Of a stretch of 64,000 nt of DNA, positions 56,244 through 64,000 are shown piece by piece. This DNA is from Cenarchaeum sp. (GTDB lineage: Archaea; Thermoproteota; Nitrososphaeria; Nitrososphaerales; Nitrosopumilaceae). The notes below the pieces were generated by a model. It saw only the letters and a program-made list of their open reading frames with translations, had not been told where the DNA came from and did no database searches. The stretch is from positions 1,792,001-1,856,000 of the forward strand of contig OY843768.1 in NCBI GenBank assembly GCA_963693095.2, read 5' to 3'. The first letter of the stretch is position 1, and the number at the start of each line of letters is the position of its first letter. Position numbers and translations under genes: made by a program.

Positions 56244-58658
56244 CTATCTCCGCGCCATCCCAAGGCGCCTTTTAATCTCGTCCTGCGCCTCTTGTGGCCC
56301 AGGCACCCCCTTGAGGGCCTCCTCGGCCTCGGCGGAACGGCCCAGATCGATTAGCGTACCGATCATGCCCGCGTGGCCGGCGACGAGCCCGGGGTCCAGC
56401 TCGACTGCAAGCTCGTATGCGCCCAGGGCCTCCTCGATGCGGCCAAGCAAGGTGAGGGACATGCCATGGCTGAGGTGCGCCATGGAGTTCTTGGGGTTTA
56501 TGCGAATCGCCACACTCGCGCTCTTGACGGCCTCCTCGGCCCTTTCCATCGCGTTGAGGATCATCGCGCGATCAGAGTGCCCGTCACTGTCGTCGCCGTT
56601 CAGCTCGATTGCGCGCTCCGTGGCCTCGAGTGCCTCCTCGTTGCGCCCAAGTTCATAGAGGGCACGCCCGAGATGGAGGTGCAAATAGTGCTCTTCGGGC
56701 TCCATCTCGATCCCACGCCTGTACTCCTCGACTGCCTCCTCGTGCCGGGCGCACATTGCCAGCGCTGCCCCCCTCTTTGAGTGGATCCTCGAGCCCCCCT
56801 GACCAAGCTCGATCGCGCGATCAATGGCGCCGATGGCCTCCTCGGCATGGCCGCCCTCGAGGAGGACAGTGCCCCTGCAGTGGTGCGCATCAGCGTCGCC
56901 CTCACCGTCTGCGATGAGCGCGTCAAGCTCGGCTAGCGCCTCCTCGCTGCGGCCAAGCCCGTGCTTGGCCATTGCGCGATGCGTGCGCGCCCATGGCGTT
57001 CCGGGATCCCGCGCAAGCGCGTCTTCGGCAGCATCTAGCGCATCTTTATGGCGGTCAAGGTTCAGCAGGCACTCTATCTGCCACGCGTGCGCTATGGTGA
57101 GCCCTGGATGTGCCCTGACCTCCTTCTCGGCGGCCTTGAGGGACTCCTCGAGGCGCCCAAGCCCGTTTAGCGCCACGGATCGGAACATGTGCACACCTTC
57201 CATGTTATGGCCAGCTCCGATCACGCGCTCGGCGGCATAAAGAAGGTCATCATCAGACCCATTGTTGGCAATGCACTGCATGGCCTCAAGAGCCGTCGCC
57301 TCGCTGGCCGGATCGAGCTCGACGGCCTTTCTCCAGTGCGACACGGCCTCCTCGTTACGCCCGAGCCCCTGGAATGCATAGCCCAGGTCGACTCGCGCCC
57401 AGGCGTCATCGGGTCTCTTGCGAACAGCCTGTTCGCACTCCTTGAGCGTCATCGGCATGTCGCCCTTGCTCTCCGGGCCTGCCGTGCCGCCCTCACCGCG
57501 TCTCCATGATGCGACAATTTCCTGTTCGAGCAGTCCGGCTCCCGCATCCGGGCGACTGCTCATATCACTGACAAGCTCGCACAGTTCGTCATTGTGGGGC
57601 TCTATGGCCATTGCCGTCTCAAAGGCGGCCATTGCATCAGAGTGACGGCCAAGTCCCATCAGCGCATTTCCCCTGCCGACGTGTGCGGCCCAGTTCTTTG
57701 GCATGAGCTCGATGGCCCTGTCAAACTCCTTTAGGGCCTCCTCGCTGCGCCCGAGCATTACGAGCGCGTTGCCGTGGTTGATGCGCACCAGGGCATTTTG
57801 CGGATCGATGCGAATCGACTTCTCGATGGCCTTGAGCGCATCGTGCGGCCTGCCCATGTTGCCCAGTGCAGCCCCGTGATTGCTGAGCACCTCGGCCTCG
57901 TTGGCTGCGCGATCGGCCACGTCGTCACCACTGGGCACTGCGTCTTCAATCACGGTATCGGCCTTCAGTATCGCCACACGCCCAGAGACGTCGGCGGCCT
58001 CATCGCTCCTGCCCGCCCTAGTCAGCGCGGTGATCAGGCACTTGTGGCAATAGACACTGTTGGGCTCCAGCTCTACTGCGCGCCTAAACTCGCCCGCAGC
58101 CTCCTCGTGGCGCCCCAGATGCCCTAGCGCGTTGCCGAGATTCAGGTGGACATCACAGGAATCAGGCGCCAGCTCTGCTGCGCGCGCAAAGCACTCGGCG
58201 GCCTCCTCAAAGTTGTCCTTATTTTCCAGCGCACACCCCAGCTTTATGTGGGCCATGGCCCTTCCGGGATTTCGCCTCACTGCGCGCCTCAGCGCCGACA
58301 TGCCCTCCATGCGGTACCCAAGATTCTCTCGCGCCACGAGCCTGCCAATGTTTGCGACTATGCTGTCCGGCTCGATCTTTACTGCGCGCTCAAAGCACTC
58401 AAGGGCCGCCTCGTTATCCCCGTGGAGGCCGTGGATCGAGGCTATGCGCGCCAGTGTGCGCACATTGGCCGGATCCAGCTCCATTGCGCGCTCAAGGTGC
58501 GGCAGGGCCCTCCGTGCGTGGCCAATCCTAAACAGCGTGTTCCCCATGTCCCTGTGCGCACGCGCATCATTGGGCCTCTGGCGAAGCGCCTCCTTGCACT
58601 CCTCAAGCGACATCGGCGCATCGTACTTGCCTGCCGCGCCCTCGTTCCCCGAGCCCAT
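56244..58658 (-). CDS. double-length TPR protein (two fused array units)
   Basis: The M.L.EC....R.RP.DA N-terminal motif recurs internally (MTLKECEQAVRKRPDDA). Confidence 0.85.
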   Translation of the reverse strand: MGSGNEGAAGKYDAPMSLEECKEALRQRPNDARAHRDMGNTLFRIGHARRALPHLERAMELDPANVRTLARIASIHGLHGDNEAALECFERAVKIEPDSIVANIGRLVARENLGYRMEGMSALRRAVRRNPGRAMAHIKLGCALENKDNFEEAAECFARAAELAPDSCDVHLNLGNALGHLGRHEEAAGEFRRAVELEPNSVYCHKCLITALTRAGRSDEAADVSGRVAILKADTVIEDAVPSGDDVADRAANEAEVLSNHGAALGNMGRPHDALKAIEKSIRIDPQNALVRINHGNALVMLGRSEEALKEFDRAIELMPKNWAAHVGRGNALMGLGRHSDAMAAFETAMAIEPHNDELCELVSDMSSRPDAGAGLLEQEIVASWRRGEGGTAGPESKGDMPMTLKECEQAVRKRPDDAWARVDLGYAFQGLGRNEEAVSHWRKAVELDPASEATALEAMQCIANNGSDDDLLYAAERVIGAGHNMEGVHMFRSVALNGLGRLEESLKAAEKEVRAHPGLTIAHAWQIECLLNLDRHKDALDAAEDALARDPGTPWARTHRAMAKHGLGRSEEALAELDALIADGEGDADAHHCRGTVLLEGGHAEEAIGAIDRAIELGQGGSRIHSKRGAALAMCARHEEAVEEYRRGIEMEPEEHYLHLHLGRALYELGRNEEALEATERAIELNGDDSDGHSDRAMILNAMERAEEAVKSASVAIRINPKNSMAHLSHGMSLTLLGRIEEALGAYELAVELDPGLVAGHAGMIGTLIDLGRSAEAEEALKGVPGPQEAQDEIKRRLGMARR

Positions 58659-58879
58659 ATCCGCAACGGCCACGGGATCGCTCCTATAATTATTGCCCGG
58701 CAACGGGGCTCTTCACGAACGCGCACGAGCCGATGTCAGGGGGGTTCTTGCGCGACACGAAAATTCCCGTCTCTGGCACCACGCTGCGCGTACCGTCGAT
58801 CCTGACCCCTGCCAGCTCGCCCCTGCCAGCGCACCCATTCAGGCCCCGCGTCTCCCAATGGCGCCTCACGCAGGCCTAG

Positions 58880-59641
58880 TTATCGCACACGCCGTGTGTC
58901 GATGAACATTATTCCTTTCATTGCAGCCGCGCCGACACCGTGCAACAGCGACTCTTCTGTCCACCTCCTCACCCACTCGTTAGCCTCCCTGGCCTCGACG
59001 TGGCGACCCATGTCCTTTAGCACGGTGCCTATGCACGCGTGAGCGACAGGGAGTTCTGGATCTAGCTCGAGGGCTTGCTCTTGCTCGTCCAGGGCCTCCT
59101 CGATGCGCCCGAGCTCGTACAGCGCACTGCCGCGGTGCGAGTGCGCCATGGCGTTCTCGGGATTGATGCGAATGGCAATCTCGGCGCTCTTGAGCGCCTC
59201 CTCGGGCTTTTCTAGATTGAGAAGTATCACCGCGCGCTCCGTGTACGGCTCATCACAGTCATGGCAGATCTCGATCGCGCGATTCATGCACTCAAGCCCA
59301 TACTCAAGGCGCGCTGCCCCTATCAAGAGGCCTCCGAGATCCATGTGCGCCTCATAGTCGTTAGGCGACATCTCTATGGCGCGGCCGTATGCCTTGAGTG
59401 CCTCCTTGGCGCGCCCTGCGCCCTGCAGCGCATTGCCCCTCCTGCGGTGAGTCAGCGAGCCGCTGCTGTCATCAAGCGATATGGCTAGTTTATACGCCTC
59501 GCCTGCCTCCTCGTATCGACCACACTCCTGCAGCGCATCACCCATGCACTTTTGCGCGACTGCGTCATCAGGCCTATCGCGCACCGCCAGCTCACACTCT
59601 TCGAGTGTCATCGGCATGGCCTCCTCGCTCCCCGAGCCCAT
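58880..59641 (-). CDS. short TPR-repeat protein (array member)
   Basis: MGSGSEEA.PMTLEECE start and ~6 TPR units. Confidence 0.85.
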   Translation of the reverse strand: MGSGSEEAMPMTLEECELAVRDRPDDAVAQKCMGDALQECGRYEEAGEAYKLAISLDDSSGSLTHRRRGNALQGAGRAKEALKAYGRAIEMSPNDYEAHMDLGGLLIGAARLEYGLECMNRAIEICHDCDEPYTERAVILLNLEKPEEALKSAEIAIRINPENAMAHSHRGSALYELGRIEEALDEQEQALELDPELPVAHACIGTVLKDMGRHVEAREANEWVRRWTEESLLHGVGAAAMKGIMFIDTRRVR

Positions 59642-59838
59642 ATCCGCAACGGCCACGGGATCGCTCCTATAATTTTTGTCCCGCAATCGGGCACTGTCCA
59701 CAAATGATCCCGCGATTCATGCTGACAGGGATCTCCTCGAACCGTCAAAGACTGCGCAGGGCTCTGCCGGAGACGCTGTGGGCCGTGCGCATGTCAGGCG
59801 CAACATCTGGCCACGCCATGCGCCCCAAATCCCTGCCG

Positions 59839-61092
59839 CTAGATCCCCACTGCCCCGGCGCGCCTTCCCATCTCGCCCTGCCTTCTTTTCGCCTCGGGCA
59901 CCCTCTTGAGGACCTCCTTGGCCTCTGCATGCCGGCCCAGCACGCTTAGCGCCTCGGCCCTGCCCGTGTGGCCCATGACGATATCTGGCCTCAGCTCGAC
60001 TGCGCGCTCATAGGCGGCCAGGGCCTCCTCGTTGCGCCCAAGCAGTGAGAGGGCCATGCCGTAGCTGATATGGGCCATGCAGCCCAGCGGGTTTATGCGA
60101 ACCGCCTCCTTTGCGCTCTTGACGGCCTCGCCGGCCCTGTCCATCTTGTTTAGAAGCATCGCGAGATCACTGTGCCCATCGTCACGGCTGGCGTCAAGCT
60201 CGATTGCGCGCTCTGTGAACTCGATCGCCTCGGCCCAGCGATTTAGGCTAGCGAGGGCGCGCCCGAGATAGAGGTGCAGGCCGTAATCTTTGGGATACAC
60301 CTCGATTCCGCGCCTGCACGCCTCGATTGCCTCCTTGTGCCGACCGCGCAAGAGCAGCATGGTTCCCTTTCTCAAGTGAACCTCCGGACCGCCCATCCCC
60401 AGCTCGATCGCGCGATCAAAGGCGTCGATGGCATCATCGCCACGTCCGCTCTCCGAGAGGATCACGCCCCTGCAGTGGTGTGTCTCGGCATCGTCTCCGC
60501 CTGCTGCGATGAGCGCGTCGAGCACTGCTAGCGCCTCCTCGCCGCCGCCGAGCTCGGCTAGCGTCTCGGCGCGCCGCGTGTGCGCTGCAGCCGAGCCAGG
60601 ATTTGGCGTCTCGGCCCCGCCTCCTGCGGCCCCCGCCTCGTCATGGAGCCCCATGGCCGTCAGGATCCTTGCCCGCATGTCGCGCGCCATGTCATCATCA
60701 TGATCAAGCTCGACTGCGCGATTCACCGACACCAGCGCCTCCTCGAGGCGTCCAAGCCCGGCGAGCGCCGCCGCACGGATCGTGTGCGCCCTGCCCAGAT
60801 CGCCGTTTGCCTCCACCGCACGCTCGGCCATCTCGAGGCCCTCCTCGCGCCGCCTCATCTTGAGGTGGGCCAGGCTCATGCTGAGCATCGACTCGAAGTC
60901 TCCGGGATCTAGCTCAACTGCCCTCTTCCAGTACACCAGGGCATCCTCGTCACGGTCCAGCGCGCCTAGGGCGTTGCCCATGTACCTTTGCGCAAATACG
61001 TCATCAGGCATCTCGCGTACCCGCCGCTCGCACTCCTCGAGTGACATCGACTCGTCGTCCTTGCCTGCCGAGCCCCCGCCTCTTGAGCCCAT
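59839..61092 (-). CDS. TPR-repeat protein (array member)
   Basis: 417-aa paralog of 53797. Confidence 0.88.
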   Translation of the reverse strand: MGSRGGGSAGKDDESMSLEECERRVREMPDDVFAQRYMGNALGALDRDEDALVYWKRAVELDPGDFESMLSMSLAHLKMRRREEGLEMAERAVEANGDLGRAHTIRAAALAGLGRLEEALVSVNRAVELDHDDDMARDMRARILTAMGLHDEAGAAGGGAETPNPGSAAAHTRRAETLAELGGGEEALAVLDALIAAGGDDAETHHCRGVILSESGRGDDAIDAFDRAIELGMGGPEVHLRKGTMLLLRGRHKEAIEACRRGIEVYPKDYGLHLYLGRALASLNRWAEAIEFTERAIELDASRDDGHSDLAMLLNKMDRAGEAVKSAKEAVRINPLGCMAHISYGMALSLLGRNEEALAAYERAVELRPDIVMGHTGRAEALSVLGRHAEAKEVLKRVPEAKRRQGEMGRRAGAVGI

Positions 61093-61164
61093 GTCTCAGG
61101 CTGCCACGGGTCTGCTCCTATAATTTTTGCCCTGCAGTCAGGCAGGCGCGTGCCTAGCGCGCGC

Positions 61165-62259
61165 CTAGTCGATGGCCTCGGCCCTCGCATCGGCCTCGTC
61201 TGCCTCAACTGGCCGGTCGAGCGCGCGCAGGGCAGCGGCCATCCCCGTGTGGGCGATGATGAGGTTGGGGGCAAGCTCGGCGGCGAGCTCGTATGCGCCA
61301 AGGGCCTCCTCGGCGCGCCCGAGGGCCATGAGCGCATCGCCGTGGTACACGTGGACCGGAGGATCGTCCGGACTAGCGCGAATCGCCACCTCGAGGCACT
61401 CGACGGCCTCCTGTGCCCTGCCCAATGCGGTCAGCGCACGCCCGCGCTCGGTGTACGAGCCGGCGTGGTCTGGGCGCAGCGCGATCGCGCGGTCGATATA
61501 CAAGATCGCCTTGTCCGGGCTCCCGAGGTCAGTCAGGACGCTGCCGAGGTAGAGGAGCGCAACGTGGTCGCCGGGCGCCATCCTCAGCGATCGCTCCTGC
61601 GCCTTGACGGACTCGGCGAGCCGACCGAGCCTGTGGAGCGCAATGCCCCTCCTAAAGTGGGCCATCGAGTTCTCATAGCCCGCGGCGATCGCGACATCAA
61701 ATGACTCGAGGGCCTCCCCGTCGCGGTGCATGTCGAGGAGAATCAGGCCGATCTCATATTGGGACATTGCCCAGTCCCTGTCAGTGCGCGTGATCTTGGA
61801 GAGCTCCTCGAGGGCCTCCTCGTCGCGGCCCAGGCCGCGCAGTGCGCGCGAGCGGCACGTGTGCACGCCCACCAGGCTCGCGTCCAGGGCAACGGCCGAG
61901 TCTGCGGACTCGAGTGACTCGGCGGCGCGCCCGAGCGTAAACATGACCATGGCCCGCAGCATGTGCGCGCCGGCCGAGCGCGGATCGGCAGCTATTGCGC
62001 GGTCTGCGGTCTCGATGGCCTCGGCGTTCCTGTCAAGGTGCGCCAGGGTCAGGCCTGCGCTAGTCAGCGGGTTCACGTCTGTGGGATCGAGCTCAAAGGC
62101 ACGCCTCCAGTGCTCTATGGCCTCCTCGTTGCGCTTTAGGTCATAGAGCACACTCGCAATGTCCTTGTGCGCATTGGCATCATCAGGCCTCTGGCGGACC
62201 GCCTCCTCGCAGCCCTCGAGTGTCATCGGCGCGTCATCGCCGCCCTTTGCGTCTGCCAT
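61165..62259 (-). CDS. TPR-repeat protein (array member)
   Basis: PMTLEGCEEAVRQRPDDA motif and TPR units. Promoter type AATTATTATATCAAA. Confidence 0.88.
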   Translation of the reverse strand: MADAKGGDDAPMTLEGCEEAVRQRPDDANAHKDIASVLYDLKRNEEAIEHWRRAFELDPTDVNPLTSAGLTLAHLDRNAEAIETADRAIAADPRSAGAHMLRAMVMFTLGRAAESLESADSAVALDASLVGVHTCRSRALRGLGRDEEALEELSKITRTDRDWAMSQYEIGLILLDMHRDGEALESFDVAIAAGYENSMAHFRRGIALHRLGRLAESVKAQERSLRMAPGDHVALLYLGSVLTDLGSPDKAILYIDRAIALRPDHAGSYTERGRALTALGRAQEAVECLEVAIRASPDDPPVHVYHGDALMALGRAEEALGAYELAAELAPNLIIAHTGMAAALRALDRPVEADEADARAEAID

Positions 62260-62307
62260 GCGCCGGCCGCGGCGCCGCTTTGATATAATAATTGCCCATG
62301 ATCGCGA

Positions 62308-63546
62308 TCAGTCAGATGCGCTGACGTGCTGGCGCACATCCTCCACAAAGTCGCGAAGCGTGGCATTGTCAGGCTCTGCATCCACTGCTGCCTCATAGGC
62401 TTTTATCGCCTCGGCGCGCCGACCCGACGCCAATAGCACATTTCCCCTTCCAGCATGCGCACGCCAGTGTCCTGGCACGAGCCTGAGGGCGCTGTCAAAC
62501 TCCTCCATGGCCTCCTCGCTGCGCCCGAGCATGTCGAGCAGAGCCCCATGGTCGACGCGTGCCTTGACATCCTGCGGGTCGGCGCGAATCGCCTCCTCGC
62601 TGCGCCCGAGCATGTCGAGCAGAGCCCCATGGTCGACGCGTGCCTTGACATCCTGCGGGTCGGCGCGAATCGCCTCCTCGAGCATCTCGAGCTCGTCCTC
62701 TGGGTTGTTCAGGCCGGCCATGTCGGCTATGGCTTTTGCGACCTCCTCGATCCCGATGCGCACATCTGCCCTGGAGCGGGCCATGCCGCCGGCGTCCCCA
62801 TAATCGTTCCCAGGATCTGCGTCCATGCCCGCATTGGGCTCTAGCATTACGGCACGCTCGCGGCTCTCGGCGGCCTCCTTGTACCTGCCCAACGCCGCTA
62901 GCGCGACGCTCAGTGCCTTGTGATAGATGGCGCTCTCTGGCTCGATCTCAATTGCGCGACCTAGTGCGCGTACGGCCTCCTCATGGTGCCCCAGCGCATT
63001 GAGCATGTTGCCGAGGTTTGCGTGAATGGTGTCGCACCCTGGCTCTAGCGCCACTACGCGCTTAAAGCACCTGGCGGCCTCTCTAATCCTGCCCCGCCTC
63101 TCCAGCGCAAACCCGAGCCTTACGTGGGCCAGGGCATCGTTGCGATTCTGCCTCGCGACTCGCTTTAGCGCTGACAGGCGCACGTTGTGCTGCCCAAGAT
63201 TGTCTAGCATTATGAGCCTGCAAAAGTGTGCCCTGATATTGCCCGGCTCGATCCCTATTGCGCGCTCGAAGAACTCGAGGGCCTCCTCGTTCTGATCAAG
63301 GAGCCCATGCGCTGCGCCCATCTCCACTAGCGTGAGCGCATTGGACGGATCCAGCTCTGCGGCCTGCTCAAAGTGGGCTATGGCCTCCTCTCTGCGACCA
63401 AGCCTTCGCAGCGTCTTTCCCAAGGTCAGGTGCGCGCCTGCGTCATCTGGCCTTTGACTGACCGCCCGTTCGCACTCTTCGAGCGTCATCGGCGTGTGGT
63501 TCTTGCTTGTGGTGCCGGGACTTCCTTTGCCCTCTTGGCTCTTCAC
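62308..63546 (-). CDS. TPR-repeat protein (array member)
   Basis: PMTLEECERAVSQRPDDA motif. GTG start inferred from an AATTATTATATCAAA box at ~63566-63580. Confidence 0.82.
   Translation of the reverse strand: MKSQEGKGSPGTTSKNHTPMTLEECERAVSQRPDDAGAHLTLGKTLRRLGRREEAIAHFEQAAELDPSNALTLVEMGAAHGLLDQNEEALEFFERAIGIEPGNIRAHFCRLIMLDNLGQHNVRLSALKRVARQNRNDALAHVRLGFALERRGRIREAARCFKRVVALEPGCDTIHANLGNMLNALGHHEEAVRALGRAIEIEPESAIYHKALSVALAALGRYKEAAESRERAVMLEPNAGMDADPGNDYGDAGGMARSRADVRIGIEEVAKAIADMAGLNNPEDELEMLEEAIRADPQDVKARVDHGALLDMLGRSEEAIRADPQDVKARVDHGALLDMLGRSEEAMEEFDSALRLVPGHWRAHAGRGNVLLASGRRAEAIKAYEAAVDAEPDNATLRDFVEDVRQHVSASD
62510..62680. repeat. 81-bp perfect tandem duplication inside a TPR gene
   Basis: EEAIRADPQDVKARVDHGALLDMLGRS is encoded twice. 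Confidence 0.9.
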
Positions 63547-63737
63547 GATGACGCCATGGCATGTTTTTGATATAATAATTATGCTCTTGAGTTGTGTGGC
63601 ATGGCAGCGCCGCTGATCCCACGACGTGCCATCCTGCAAGTGCTAGACAGCACGTTCTGCGTTCCTGCCGCAATGTGCCCACTGGCGCGACTTGGCCGCC
63701 TGTGGGCACCCATGCGCACATGCATGGTGAGTTGAGG

Positions 63738-63811
63738 CGGGTCTAGAGGGATTCGAACCCTCGACAGCCGGATTAAGAGTCCGGTGCTCTACCTGGCTGA
63801 GCCATAGACCC
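63738..63811 (-). tRNA. tRNA-Lys(CTT), intronless, CCA not encoded
   Basis: GGGTCTA/TAGACCC acceptor stem, CCGGA-CT-CTT-AA-TCCGG anticodon arm and GAGGG-TTCGAAT-CCCTC T arm. Confidence 0.97.
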
Positions 63812-64000
63812 CCGCGCCGCAGCGTGCCATGATCATGCTATTAAAATGTGGTGAGGCCTGTGGGCAAAGACGGCGAGCTGGCGCACGGCAGGCCGCAGCA
63901 GGGCGCGAAGCGATGGCCATGGAATGATGTCGACAAAAAAGGCCGTGCGGCGCCCGGGGCGCGACGCAAGGGTGATGTCCCACATGCCGACGCGCAGCAC

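Overview
Archaeal window, most likely from a GC-rich thaumarchaeote (Nitrosopumilaceae-like). The taxon is inferred from gene content, TATA boxes about 25-30 bp upstream of leaderless starts, and a CCA-less tRNA. The TPR and surface-protease expansions resemble those of sponge symbionts (inference). Positions 3.9-16.4 kb are core genes: tmk, an HD hydrolase, pyrH, rnz, thpR, cca, a RIO-like kinase, alkA, a Cas4-like gene and atpC. The rest is accessory and defence DNA: an IS630-hit Type IIG R-M gene, an IS630-split GmrSD-like gene, Mrr, a GIY-YIG fusion and a Type I R-M locus. It also holds five paralogous ~420-aa putative double-HEPN proteins, two Ig-repeat metzincins, an orphan VirD4/HerA-like ATPase and a 13-kb TPR gene array ending at tRNA-Lys(CTT). 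The strongest candidate new system is at 41.2-45.7 kb. There, two convergent hsdS genes flank a tyrosine recombinase and share nested inverted repeats (102 bp perfect, and about 34 bp), which looks like an archaeal invertible Type I R-M specificity switch. The second candidate is the HEPN-like family, in which every copy is preceded by a short leaderless upstream ORF coupled to its start. All calls come from reading motifs by eye; no database searches were run.
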